DNA of 64,000 bases, from positions 77,068,001-77,132,000 of the forward strand of contig NC_045697.1 in assembly GCF_009834535.1 (NCBI RefSeq). The letters run 5' to 3'. The notes under the pieces are model-generated. The model was given only the letters and a program-made list of their open reading frames with translations. It was not told where the DNA came from and did no database searches. The DNA comes from Camelus ferus (lineage: Eukaryota). Each line of letters begins with the position of its first letter. Position 1 is the first letter of the stretch. The position numbers and the translations under genes were made by a program. Below are positions 51,489-64,000 of this stretch, in pieces.

Positions 51489-52127
51489 TGTACAGTGACT
51501 AGATGTAACTACTTGCTTTGTAAGTTTTGATTTTTATGTCAGGTTTGCTTAAAGCAGGAATAGAATCAATTTTCCTTTGGTGGGATCTAATCTCTGGAAG
51601 GAGATTGTGTCACTGAGGCAGATGTATTCTTTGGGTACATGTTGTGATAATTTACTCTGGCCAAGGAGGATGTAGATGCTTATAGAAATTCAGAGGCTGT
51701 ATCTATCTTGTATATGCTAATATCAGTCAGGCTGCACTGAAAAGGTCTATAGACTATTTTTTAAAAAATCTTTTGTTTACTTCTCAGATCAGATTGTGAC
51801 ATTGAGTGTCAGAATAAATCTATTTCCCTCTTTTATACAGACATACCTTACTTGAAGTTAAAAATGTACAGCTCTTTCAGACATTGTATAAAACCTGAAT
51901 TTTTCTGTTTTTCAGTGATTCATTTGTTGATGCTTTTTCATGAGACACTGTTCGGCTATTTGGTGGATGCAATGATTAAATTCCTCGTTGATTCTAAGAC
52001 ACTTTTTTTTTTCACATTTTTACCTCTGAAATTGGGATGCATCTTAGAATTGGTGGAATTTTAAAATTGGTTTTACTGAAGAGGAAGTCATAATATTGTT
52101 GTGTGAAAATCTGGCATTGACACCTGA

Positions 52128-52580
52128 TGTGGTAGACTGAATAATGTCCCCTCTCCCAAATATGTCACCCGTCGTAATCTCTGAAACCTTTGCAGCTGTG
52201 ATTAAGAGCTGGGGAGATTATCCTGGATCTGGGTCGGCCTGATACAATTACAACCTTCCTCATTAGCAACTGGAGGAGTCAGCCTGCAGAGAAAGTAATG
52301 TGACTGTAGGAGCAAAGGTTAGATGATGTGCTTTGAAGGTGAAGGAGGGGGCTGTTAGCCAAGGAATGCAGGTGACCACTCGCAGCTGAAAAAGGCAAGG
52401 AGATGGATTCTATCCTGAGAGCCTCTGAAGGAACCAGCTTTGCCCATGACATTTTGACATTAGCCCAGTGAAACTAATTTTGGACTTCTGATTTCCAGAA
52501 CTGTAAAAGAATAAATTTGTGTAAGTTTAAGCCACTAAGTTTGTGATAATTTGTTACACTTGCAGTAGGAAACTAATACA
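52128..52580 (+). mobile_element. MLT1D-like MaLR LTR nested in a MER104/Kanga-like Tc2 DNA element (~51980-52643)
   Basis: TGTGGTAGACTGAATAATG...ggagattatcctggat...aaaaggcaagga...gtaggaaactaataCA. Flanks gattctaagacac...ctctgaaattgggatgcatctta and ttagatataatgaaatacag. Confidence 0.8.
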
Positions 52581-52869
52581 TCTGGTAAGATAGAAAAAAA
52601 AAGTGGCAGCTTCAAAACCCTTTAGATATAATGAAATACAGTAGATTTTTACATTCCTTTTGTTTCGAATGCTGTTTTTATACTTGAACTACTAGAGTAA
52701 AAAGAGTGGAATGACAAGGTGAAAAAAACTTCAGACTTGTATATTCTGGCAGTAGGGTATAAATTTCATAGTGGAAGCTATTGAAGTTTTATATTCTTTC
52801 TGTTTAAATATCACATAGTCCTTGTTGGTAATTGTGATGAGGTAAATGCTTGATACAGAAATGTTTGAT

Positions 52870-53222
52870 GATTATTTACTCTAGCTTCTAAAGGCTTAGA
52901 GGCTGCCCACCTCTCTTGGCTCATGGCCCACTCTTTCCATCTTCAAAGACAGCAACATTGTATTTCAGAGGAGTCTTCTGGGTCACATCTCCCTCTCACT
53001 CTCTTCTGCCTCCCCCTTCCAATTCTAAGGACTCATGATTACATTGAGCTTACCTGGATAACCAAGGAAATGCTCCCTCTTCTAAGGTCAGCTGCTTAAC
53101 AATTTTAGTACTGTCCATGACCTTAACTCCCCTTTGCCATGTAACCTAACATATTAACAGGTTTCAGGGATTAGAACATGGACATACGGGGTGAGGGAGG
53201 GATTACTCCATCTTCCACTGTC
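52870..53222 (-). mobile_element. MLT1-type MaLR LTR fragment
   Basis: ctagcttctaaagg...ttggctcatggccc...ccatcttcaaag...gatt acattg...ccatgtaacctaacata...gggattagaacatggacat. Confidence 0.75.
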
Positions 53223-55429
53223 TGACAGACCATGTTAAAGAATTTGAATTTTTCCCTGATGGCAACAAGCTTTAAACAAGCTTTTCCTTGATGTTAGAAA
53301 GATTTAAACAAGGAAGTAACAATCAGATTTGCTTTTTAGGAAAATCACTCTGGTAGCTATGTTTGGTGTAGTCATTTGTCTAAAAAATTTTGTCACACAA
53401 TCAATTTAGTAGGTCATTTCCAGTACTTATTTCAATGATGTTTTAAAAACTTCTTATTTTGCAATAATTTTAGATTTGCAGAAGGGATACAAAGTACAGA
53501 AAATGCAGTACCCTTCACTTAGCTTCCTCTAAAGTTTTATGTCTTCCTTTCATGTTTTAACGTCTTATAAAACTATGGTAGCTTTATCAAAACTAGGAAA
53601 TTAACATTGATTGGGTTGTCTGTTTTCTTGCTGTTGAGTTTTAAGAGTTCTTAATATACTCTAGAAACAAGTCCTTTATTGGGCGTGTGATTTGCAAATA
53701 TTTTCTTCTAGTCTGTGGCTTGTCCTTTAATCCCACAGTCACAGATAAGAAGAAAATATTTTCAAATCACATTTTTGCAATGGTCTGTAACCAAACCTGG
53801 GAAGTCACACAGCTTTGCCTCTGCCATTCTTTCCTAGTAGAAGCTGTTCTAAGCTTGCTAAAATTCAAGGGGAGTAGATAGAGCCTCCCCAACCCTTTAA
53901 CCAGCAGAGGATCAAAGAATTTGGGGGCCATGTTTTAAAACTGCCAAAGTTGCTGAGGCAGTTATAGGAAATATTAGCAAATGAAAATGCCTAACACTAA
54001 TGAAATTCCCCCAAATTTACAGAGCATGTTTTGTTTTTTAAAAGTACAGGTGTTATAAATTATTTGTTTGTAATATTTGCCAAGCTCAGTTTTTAATAAA
54101 TGCAGAAGAAATAAAACTTTAATATTAGTAGACCTTAAGAGAAAATTAAGAGTTATCTAATATGTTTTAAAGTTGAAGAAAAGAAAATGCATGCCTTTTG
54201 GTCACAGTAAGACAATATTTTAAAATATTTTCTTGTCTTAGTTATCATTTTCTTTCAATTTAAAATGATCCTTGTGTTTGTTTTTCTTTTTAAGTGCAGG
54301 ATTTTAAAAATTGTTTTAAAATATTTTTTAAAATTTTGCTTTCAAATGAGTCTTGATTCACTTATTATCTTGATTATTTTCAGATTTTTTTTGAATATTT
54401 AGATCTTGATATCAGGTGAAGAATGGTAAGCATTGATGTATAATTAGCTATTCCTGCCTTTTCATCCCCCCCCCCCAAAGTAAGTACCTTCCTTTCCTTG
54501 ATGGATTGAAAAGTAAATAGGCTTTTTTTGATGGGTAATTGGCTTCCAATAAATTTCAGCAGATACAACATCCCTGTTATTTTTAGAAAAATGGCATTTG
54601 TGTAGCTTGGACATGATGATGATTATTTTCCTTTTTTCAGATCATGTAGCATGGATGAGCCAAATCAATCATGAAGCGGTAGATATTTAAACACATTTGT
54701 CTAACTCTGACTTGGCTCTTCTCTTGACTGATAAATTTGTACCAGTGTTGGATTTTCTGAGACTGTAATGAAGAGTAGTAAATCTGTTTTTAAAAAATAC
54801 ATTTAATTCAGAGAGGGAGGGGAACATTCAATTTACTTTTTTTTCTTTTTGGCATGTTAATGAAAGATTCCTGTTGACTTATTTCCTTTTAAGTAAATAT
54901 ATTATTATAGGTGAACTATGATCATGTAAAATATCCTGTAAGAAAAGTAAACTATATACTTAGGAAAACAGTGTTATCCGAGTTTAGGCTCTCTGTATAC
55001 CTCTTGGAATTACAGACGTATGGATATTATTTTTTCTTCACAGCTTGATTGTGTATATTGTCTGTGTCTACCATGGGCTATGTATTTAAATAGCCAAAGA
55101 TTAGGATTCCATTGCATTATTTAGTCAGAGGTGAAAACAGACTAAGGAAATTATTCACATATCTTTTATAAACACATATTTTTCTGTTTTTATACATTAT
55201 TATGGCACAGAATGCAGTGGTACTTTCTTTGTGTCAGAGAACTTAAAACAGCTCATGAATTTTGTTGTTGTTATCCTTTCATTTCCTGTGTAGCACAGAT
55301 ATCTATTTCCTTCCACAAGATAGGAAAATTAGATTCTAGGGTAATTAAAGTCTGCCCTTGGAACTAAGACTAGAGCTCCATTGTTTGGGACAATTGACAA
55401 TCTTCTGGGCTAAAGAAAGCTAGTGGGAT

Positions 55430-55700
55430 TTTAGTGTAGTGAGGGCCAGCAGATCATTGTTTAAAAGCATGGACTTGAGCCAGGTTATTTGAATCAGATC
55501 CGAGCCTTGTTACTTCCTAAGTATGTGACTGTGTTAAATGACTTAACTTTTGTGCTTCATTTATCTTATTTATATAGGGGTTATAATGATCCTGTTTACT
55601 TCATGAGGCTGTGAGGAGGATTCAAGGAGTGCATATATGTAAAGCATTTAGAACAGTGAGTGGCACACACTGTAATAGGTTTAATAATATTTAGACTATT
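55430..55700 (+). mobile_element. MIR SINE
   Basis: tttaaaagcatggactt...tacttcctaagtatgtgac...gtaaagcatttagaacagtgagtggcacac. Confidence 0.7.
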
Positions 55701-55759
55701 AATGAAATTAGTATTGTTAACTTTAATTATATTGATAAAAGTACATTTTGTAGTGATCA

Positions 55760-56700
55760 AAGATGTAAATACATAAAAATGGAAGTATTAAAGGCACTAG
55801 GAAAAGACGTGGGTATATTGTTTTCTAATATTGGTATGAGGAAGGCTCTACCAAGTATGAAAATTCATCAAGCATGACGGATTTTACTACATAGTAATTG
55901 AGGAACTACAGCAAAAGACAACATAAACAAAGTCAAAAGACAAACAGTAACCTGAAGGAAAATACAGACAGCACATAATAATAACATATGGTTAAATTTC
56001 TTAACATACAAGAACATTTATAAATTATTAAGGAAAGTACAATCCTGTGGAAAAGGGCAAGTAACAGAGACAGACACCCAAAAGAGTTAAGAGTTAAGTA
56101 CTACTAACTAAAATGTTTCTCACTTATTAGATTGGCAAAGATTAAAATGGTACTCAGTGTTGAGATGAGGCATTCTTAAGCATTACTGATGGGCAGTATA
56201 AATTGATAGGCCTTTCTGGAGAGATATTTGGCAATAATGGTCAATTTTAAAAGCACAAACCCTTTGAACATCCAGTTTCACATCTAGGAACTTATCCTGC
56301 AGATTCATCACAGAAGTTGATCTTATAAATTAGTTCACTCCCTGGAATAAATACTCATCAATGGAAATTTGGTAAATAATGTCTCTACAATGAAATACTA
56401 TATAGATTTTTTAGGAAAATAATGAAGATTTATGTAGCTAACACAGAAGGATATCCAGGATATATTAGATAAAAAAAAAGCAAGTTGCTAAACTGTAATA
56501 TGATCCTTATTTGTGTGTTTAAATATATATGCTTCTATGTACATTACATGTATACACATAGGTGTACAAAGGATACACAAGAAACCATTAACTGTGGCTA
56601 CACTTGCGAAGTAGGGTATCAGCTACCAAGGAGTGAAGGGGACTTGTACTTTTCACTTTATATTCTTCATTGTTTGAATTTTTTTTTTTAAACAGTGGGT
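55760..56700 (+). mobile_element. Old L1ME-like ORF2 end/3' UTR
   Basis: aaagacaacataaacaaagtcaaaagacaaac, attagattggcaaagattaaa, gtataaattg...ttctggagagatatttggcaat. Confidence 0.7.
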
Positions 56701-56764
56701 ATGATGTTACTTTTACAGTTTAAAAAAAAAAAGCCAACAAGAAAGATTTGAACTTCTTCCATGC

Positions 56765-57300
56765 TAGTTATATTAGTTACCTGTTGCTGCATGACAAAAT
56801 ATCCCAAAACTTACCAACCTAAAACAACAGATGTTTAATCTCATGGTTTCTGAGGGACATGAAACAGCCTAGCTGGGGGTTCTGGCTTAGGGTCTCACGA
56901 GACTGTTGTCAGGCTGGCAGCTGGGGCTCTCGTTACCTCAGGACTCTACTGGGTGTGAAGGGCCTGTTTCCAAGCTCACCCACGGGCTTGTTGGCAGGCC
57001 TCAGTTTCTCTTTGGTTGTTGGTCAGAGAGTTCAGTTCCTTACTCTTGGGTTTCTCCAGAGGGCTTTTCACAACTTGGCAGCTTTGTTCTTCCACAATGA
57101 GTGAAATGATCTAGGAGAGAGCCAGCACCTGAAACTGGACAGATCTTGGAAGTGATATATCATATATCATTACCTCTGCTCTATGCTATTGATCACACAG
57201 TCTAGTCCTGGTATATTGTGGGAAGATGTGAATTCAGACACAAGGATGTGATACCAGGAGGTGGGATCATTGTGGGGCATCTTGGAGGCTAGCTCCCACA
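56765..57300 (-). mobile_element. MLT1F-like MaLR LTR, ending ~146 bp before SEC24B exon 2
   Basis: tattagttacctgttgctgcatgacaaaatatcccaaaactta...ggatgtgataccaggaggtgggatcattgtggggcatcttggaggctagctcccaca. Confidence 0.8.
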
Positions 57301-57446
57301 GTGAGTCTATCGTAGTATATGTCTCTTGTAACAGTTTGGGATTATGAAGAGGTAAGTAAATTAGGGCAATATTTAGATGGGAACTATGCCTAAAAATGAA
57401 GTCACCTTCCTGCTAATCCCTGTGAGTATTTGCTTTTCTTTTTCAG

Positions 57447-58193
57447 GTCCAGCACAGAATCAAATGCAGGTTCCATCTGGGTATGGATTATATCCTCAAA
57501 ACTATGTTGCTCCCTCAGGACATTACTCTCAAGGACCTGGGAAAATGACCTCATTGCCATTGGATAGCCAGTCTGGTGATTACTACCCTGGTCTCTATAC
57601 GGTACCAACTCAAAATGTGGTGACTCCTAACACAGCAAGCCAACAACCAGGAGCACAGCAGATGTATGGCAGGGTTCCTCCTGCTCCTCACGTTGTGGGA
57701 TCCGCTCTGGGATCTTTCCAAGGTGCCATGTCATCAGCATCACATTTGCAAACGAGTGCCTCCCAGCCGTACTCCTCTTTTGTGAATCATTACAATAGTC
57801 CAGCCATGTACTCTGTCAATTCCTCTGTTGCTTCTCAGGGACTTCCCTCTACGTGTGGTCACTATGCTCTGTCAGCTGTTTCTAATGCTTCGTATCCTGG
57901 TGTTCCATATCCCTCTCTACCTGCTGGTGATCCATACAGGCAACAGATGCTTACCTCACAGAGTGCTCTGACTGTCAGGCCAATTCGAGAGAGTTCACTT
58001 TCTGGTCAAAACACGGCTGTCAGCCATCCATCACCACTTCCACCTCCACCGTCACAACAGTACCAGCAGCAGCAGAGTCTTTCAGGATACAGTACTTTCT
58101 CATGGTCAGCTCCAGGCCTTCCGTCAACCCAGGACAATCTAATCCGAAACCACACCTCCCAGGTTGCGGCCAACAACAACCCAACAAACACTG
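57447..58193 (+). CDS. SEC24B: SEC24B coding exon 2 (747 nt, Pro/Ser/Gln/Tyr-rich low-complexity N-terminal region)
   Basis: Branch-like CTAAT at 57413, polypyrimidine tract and TTTCAG acceptor ending 57446. Reads (G)PAQNQMQVPSGYGLYPQNYVAPSGHYSQGPGKMTSLPLD...QDNLIRNHTSQVAANNNPTNT, in frame with exon 1 (G+GT=Gly). Donor ACTG|GTAAGT at 58193/58194. Confidence 0.96.
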
Positions 58194-59179
58194 GTAAGTT
58201 GAATGAAAAGTTCACCAAAGCATGGTTGAAAATCACTGCATTTCCAATCTGATTTTTATTTGCATAAAGGTTAAAGAAAATAGTGCCTGACTGAAAAATT
58301 GAAAATGAGCTCACTCTTGCAGTTTATTTGCTGTTTTCATTATGGGATTTTGCAGCATCTCCCTGAACCCTTCTCTTTTACCCAGTCACAGTTAGCCACC
58401 CAGCCATCTGCCTTGTATAGCATGGCTCCTTGCCATGACTGGGATTCGGTTGATACTTATTTATTGATATGTTTTCGTGCCTCTGCAGTAGTTGTCTTTA
58501 ATGTGAGTTGGATATAGGGCAAAATGGAAGGGTCCATTTGGAGATATGCTTTGTTAGTCACTGCCTTCTTTTTTATACTTGTTCAACCTTGGGGCAGGTT
58601 GAACTTACCGTTCCGGCCATAGCCCCATTCACTGTAGAAAAGACAATGGCCTGTGGTGCCACACTGGTTTCTCCAAGTGAACCCTTATTAGTGACTCTCA
58701 CAGAAGATACATTTCCTAAACATTAAAGCTGATGTTTTCTCAGTCCCACATTGGTAAGTTAGGATGTAGGATGGGGAAGGTAGAGAAAGATACATGAAAA
58801 ATACCCTTGTAATTAGTTTTTCTGACCTTCTTAAACCAAGATCTGGTTAAATTTATTTGTTTAAAAGTTATGTATGCAAGGTATGTAGTTTTTTAGTGTG
58901 AGGATTTGCATAGGATATATTCAATTTAATTCAGCTTGTGAACTTGAACTTAACAAAATCTGCTCTTGAACTGAATGAGATGTATGCACAGAATGGGAGT
59001 TGGTAAAGCTGTGATCGCTTTCTGAATGACGTCTTTGGGTGTATATCAGAGTCTAGATAGCCATGTGTCAAGGGTTTGTAGAACAGTATCCTTCCCTGGA
59101 CAATTAGATTATTTAAAATTAGAACTTTAGACTATTAGATCTCAACTGTACATTTGAAATCATCTATTCTTTCTTTGCT

Positions 59180-59590
59180 ATGCTGTTTAGAAACACTTTG
59201 GGCTACAAGCAAGTTATAGTGGTTTAAACAAAAAAAGTGGCATTTTTCTCACATAACAAGAGGTCTAGGCAGATGCAGTGGCTCCATATGTCCTCAGAAT
59301 CTTTTCTCTCTTTCCACTCTGCTGTGCTTCCCTTGTTGCTTCATAGAAATAAGATAACTTCTGCACCTGTAGACATCAAGTTCAGAGTTAAAAGCAGAAA
59401 GAAAGGAGAGGAAAGAAGATGGGCTCGTGGCATTGACAGACTTCATTTTACATATCATTTGCCATAGCTCTTTTAAAGGACCGTCCGTAATTTTAGGGAA
59501 GGCTGGAAAATGAATAATTAGCTTTGTAGCCTCCATGTTAGAGGCAGGCAAGAAAGAAGGGGTTTGGCATTGACTGGGTCTTGAGTAAGT
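59180..59590. mobile_element. Old MLT1 (J/K-like) LTR
   Basis: agtggtttaaacaa...tttctcacataacaagaggtctaggcag...aagataacttctgcacctgtagacatc. Confidence 0.6.
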
Positions 59591-62559
59591 CAGCTTGAAG
59601 CATCTGTCACGGTTCCCAAATCTGGCTGTGCACCAGATTCCCTTGCACAGACTGTGACCTTTAAACCCAACCTACTGAGCTAGAACAGAACCTCCGGGGT
59701 AGCCTTAGGAATCTGTATTTCTGACTTGATCTCAAGTGAGGCCTAGCAACAGATCCAAAGTATACTGTAGTCCTTTTGTTTTACAAATGAAGAAAGCAAT
59801 CTTAATTGGGTTTCCTGTGGTCATTAATGTTAGAAACAGCTCATCTGGGAGCTCAGTTTCTTCTGACTCTGTCTCCCCTTCTCAGAACCAGGGCTTTGTC
59901 CCCTAGAAATTCTGTTTTCTTTCTCTCTTCTTTCAGCAGTCCTTTCAAAGATCAGCTTTTCCTAAGGTCCCTCTGACTTAAGGATTTTGTGATTTTCGTG
60001 ACAAAAAAAGAAGAAACGCAGGTAATTCCTATCTTATTTCTGAGATGGGAATGGGACCCTAGATGGAACGAATTTATGCAAAGATATAGGATTATATAAT
60101 TTTAGAAGTTAATTTGTGTTAAAAAGTGGCACTTTTTTTCTTTTTTGCCTTTAGATTGATAAATGACGTTTTAGTTGTAGTTCGGAAGTGGACAAATTAA
60201 ATACATCTCAGGTTAATATGACTGATGCCTCAAAAGAAAGAGATTACTTTAAAAACCTACTTTAAAATTAAATATTACAGAAGTTCCTAAACTTTCTCAG
60301 TTCATGTTTCTTGATTTTTTTTTTTCATGGTGCCCCACGCATCTTAGTAGTACATAAGGTTTTTGACAGATGTCGCTGTGTTTCTCTTGAAAATTTAAAA
60401 CATCCTTTGGAACTCTGAGTTTGTTCCAAGGGCAACTTGGGTGCCTGAGTACAAGGTTTGGGAACCATGGGTATATTGATCTTCATTTTCTAGAAAGACA
60501 AGCAGTTTAATTGTTTTCGGCACTCTTTAATTATTTTGTCACATTTAAATGAGAGTCTTAGGTATTAAACATAGTTTTGTATGAAAATCAATCTTTGAAT
60601 AATTGGTAAAATTGTTGCATTTTTATAACTTGATTATATTAGTTTCATTTTCAGGTAGTATAGTAAAAATTCTTAAGCAGTGAGTTCATATTTAGAGATG
60701 TGGAATAAAAGAGACATTTAAATGTTAACTCGTTTGCCTTTTTATTTTAGAAAAGCACATTAGTATAATTTAGTAGTAGAATTTCAGATTATTTTATTAA
60801 AAACATAGTATGTATGTTTGGGTGCTATGTTTAGTTGTTAACTTAGTCTGAAATTTTGGCTAATGTTTAAAAGGTGTCACTTTGTGAGGCCATTAAAAAT
60901 TTTTCGAACTGTCATTGTAGGTACATTTCTCAAGGTTCAGAAGCTCTTAGTTTGAGATGAAGTTAGTTGAGGAGTACAGCTTTAATAAGGATCACATCTT
61001 GATAGCATGTTGTGCAGTAGTACTATCTGATTAATGCTGTTTTACTACGTATAATTTTATAAAACCAGTATTTTTAAAGCTATTCATAAAAATAATAATA
61101 ACGTTTATACAATCTTTGTATAAAAATCCTCAACATAACATGACACTAAGATATAATTGCTGATAAGTTAACATATGTATCATCTCAGGGTGGTGATGTG
61201 TCTGAGGGAAAACAATAAATAAATACCCTGTAGGAGATGACTATCTGGATAAAGAAACACGGGTTAGAAGTAAGTTAAGAACCCACATTGGAGGTACAAA
61301 TACTACAATAAAGAGATTATTTTCAGCTTTGAAAACTTGTGATGAGATTGCAGAGTTGTGAGATAGGAATAACGCAGTGTTACTCCTTCATACTTAAACA
61401 CTCCTTCAGTTTTTCCAAAGCTACTCTTGAACCTTATCATCTTTTCTCAGCTTTGTACCGTCCACCTGTAAATTTTTCTATATTTACTCCTTCAAGCTCA
61501 GAAGATGAGCTGTCCATCTTTGTGATCACTTCCTTCAAAACTTGCCATTATCAGTTATCCTTTTCCTGGTGTCTCAGTTTCTGCTGGGCTGTGACGTTGG
61601 AAAGGTGAGAGGAGAGGAACTGATGAAGGGAAAATGTCAGTGTGGTCCTGTATGTAAGCAGCAGCCATCAGAAGTTTTTCAGCATGATTGTGACTATCAG
61701 ATTTGTGTTTCAGAATTTTCTTCTGTGGACAGTGTGGTAGATAGGCCGGAGGGCTTGGAGTCAGGAAGACCAGCTAGGAAGGAATTACTACAGTTATCTA
61801 AATGAAGGATGATGACATAGGTTAGGATTCATTTAGACAGAAGACAGATGATGAAAGATGATTTTAAGGATTCATTGATACGGTTTATGAAGGAAAAGGA
61901 ATAATAAAATTTGACTTTAATTTTCTAGCTTGAACAACTTGGATGGATAGTGGTGCTATTAGTCAAGACTTTACATAATCTCCCTGGTTTCAAAAGAACT
62001 ACATGTACAGTTACTAAGGAGATACTAAGAACTAACAAGGGAACTACCTTAATGCCGATAGATGGATAGATAGATAGATAGATGGATGAATAGACAAGTG
62101 ATTTATTTTTGAATTGTGGGTTCTGTCTCTAAATATCCCATATTTCTTCTGTTGGATTCTCTTTGTGAAGGGGGCAGTTTTGGTGTTGTTGAATTTTTTT
62201 TGTTTGTTTGTTTTTTGACTGGCATGCTTTTGTGGTCCTTAATACTTGTGGAACTTGTCTCCATTAATTTGATAAATATTTGAAAGCCAGGTGTTTTAGT
62301 GCTGGGAGATAAAATAGCAAGTAGAAAGACTTGACTCTTATCCTTATGAAGTTTGCAGTTTACTTGGGGAAGCAAACATTATCGAAATAAACACAAATGA
62401 ATGTAAAAGTGCTTCATTATTTATCATGAAGCAGAGATTTATACTGCTTGGTGAGAGTAATCTAGGTATATCTGGCCTGTTAGTCATGGAGCTTAGGGAT
62501 GTTTTCCCTGATAACAGATATGTGAGCTGCAGTCTGAAGGATGAATTATCCATGCATAA

Positions 62560-64000
62560 AATAAATTACAGGTGAAATAAATACTTAAGTGCAAAAAGGC
62601 AAACCTTTAAAACTTTTCGGAGAAAATATGAAAGAACCTTGGAGAAGGGAAGGATTTTTTTTCCCCTTCTAAAGGGTGTGCAGACCCTGGGGAGGGGCAC
62701 AAAGTATGGAACACTTCATGAATTTGCGTGTCATCCTTGCACAGGTGCCATGCTAATCTTCTCTGTATTGTTCCAATTTTAGTGTACATGCTGCCGAAGC
62801 GAGCACGGGAAGGATTTCTTAAGGACACCACACACAGTGCTAGTTAGCCATAAGGAGTAAGCGTGATAAACTTGACTAATTTCTAATTAAGAAGTTTTCT
62901 TCATTGAAAGGCAACATAAAGAAAACAAAAAGACAAGCCATGAACTGGGAGGAAAAAAAGTAGTTGCAGTATTTTATCCAGAATACACTAATAACACAAA
63001 ACCAGTAAGGAAAAGACCAACAACCCAAGATAAAAATACTCGAAAAGGCATTTCACAGATGAACTGAAAACATACTCAATCTTATTAATAATCAGGGAAA
63101 AGCAAATTAAAACTAGAATGAAGTACCTACTTATGCCTAGTGGCAGAACGATAGAACTTTGGAAGACTTTGAAAGACTGACTATACCAAGGGATGGCAAA
63201 GATGTGGAGTTCCAGGAAAGTTGTGGACAGTGTTGGTAGGAGGATTTATTGGTTCAGCATTTTAAGGAAGTTTGGCATCAGTGGAATTGAAGATAACTAC
63301 ACCCTAAAATGCAGCTCTCCCACTTCTGTACGCTTTAGAAAAGTCCTTCTCAAACTTTGTGTGTGTGAGTCACCTGAGAACTTGCTAAAGTGCAGGTTCT
63401 GATTCACTAGCGTAAGGATTTTATCACGTTTCTGCATAGGGTGTTGCTAGCCCATAGAGGACACTTGGAATACCGAGGCCCTGGAGCATCATTTCCTGCT
63501 TTAGATGTGTAGCACCTGCAGGAAATGGTGACATTTGGGGGGGTTCTGAGCCACAGGGGCTGCTCTGCTCCCTAGGCCAAAGAGCTCGCTTCCCACAGGC
63601 TGCCCCAGGGTGAGGCGTCTGCGTCCCTCGCTGCACCCCCACACACTCGTGAGCTGTGGCACACACACTGAGAGCCCCACCCCAGAGAAACTTGCACGTC
63701 TGTACCAGGAGCACGTTCGTAATTACCTAGTACTGTAGTACTGTATGTGAAAAGAGACAATTAGAACCCAACGGTCCATTTATAGTAGAATGGATAAATA
63801 AATTATATCATTCCAGTGGATACTGAACAAGTAGTGAAAGTGATGAAGTAGAGCTATACCCGTTAACATAAATGAATCCCAGAAATGTAACGTAGGCAGT
63901 CATGGAAGAATACATGCAGTATGCTATTGTTATAAAGTTAAAAACAAGCAAAAATAATGTTTAGGGATACTTATGTGTGTGGAAAACTATTTAGTAACAA
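62560..64000 (+). mobile_element. Old L1ME-like ORF2 end/3' region hosting the U6 retrocopy and a MER5-like fragment (~63340-63410)
   Basis: aaaacttttcggagaaaatatg...gaaggatttctta...aaaagacaagccatgaactgggag...ggcatttcacaga...agtagaatggataaataaatt. Confidence 0.75.
62701..62806 (-). pseudogene. RNU6: Full-length U6 snRNA retrocopy (pseudogene)
   Basis: Minus strand reads GTGCTCGCTTCGGCAGCATGTACACTAAAATTGGAACAATACAGAGAAGATTAGCATGGCACCTGTGCAAGGATGACACGCAAATTCATGAAGTGTTCCATACTTT: U6 with about 9 substitutions, several at CpGs. TSD GGGAAGGATTT at 62647-62657 and 62807-62817. Upstream flank is old L1, not a U6 promoter. Confidence 0.95.

Noticed and set aside
57377..57446. ATG-initiated N-terminal part of the 291-aa ORF (MGTMPKNEV...)
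   Set aside because: Intronic: it contains the branch point and polypyrimidine tract. The tail after 58193 is likewise intron read-through.
62701..62806. Functional U6 snRNA gene
   Set aside because: About 9 substitutions, TSDs, no PSE/TATA upstream and a broken T-run terminator indicate a retrocopy.
58194..64000. SEC24B exon 3
   Set aside because: No ORF or splice-flanked segment resembling further SEC24B sequence was found; probably beyond the window.

Overview
Mammalian genomic DNA, very probably a camelid (alpaca/llama/camel), judged from two vic-1-type tRNA-derived SINEs and the young L1 3' ends. The only supported protein-coding gene is the 5' part of SEC24B (COPII cargo adaptor) on the + strand: a CpG-island promoter (~44.75-46.0 kb), coding exon 1 (45374-45500) and exon 2 (57447-58193). 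Exon 3 was not found and probably lies beyond the window. The first 44 kb is intergenic and, like the introns, dense in L1, L2, MIR, MaLR/ERV LTRs and DNA transposons. Repeat subfamily names are recalled from consensus sequences and boundaries without a TSD are approximate. Nearly all other listed ORFs are chance frames. I found no convincing new biological system. The most interesting structures are (i) a TSD-flanked chimeric U6 retrocopy with a 38-nt non-U6 3' segment in SEC24B intron 2, (ii) an apparent L1 3' transduction ~2 kb upstream of the SEC24B start codon, and (iii) a cluster of CTCF-like motifs 7-11 kb upstream of SEC24B.
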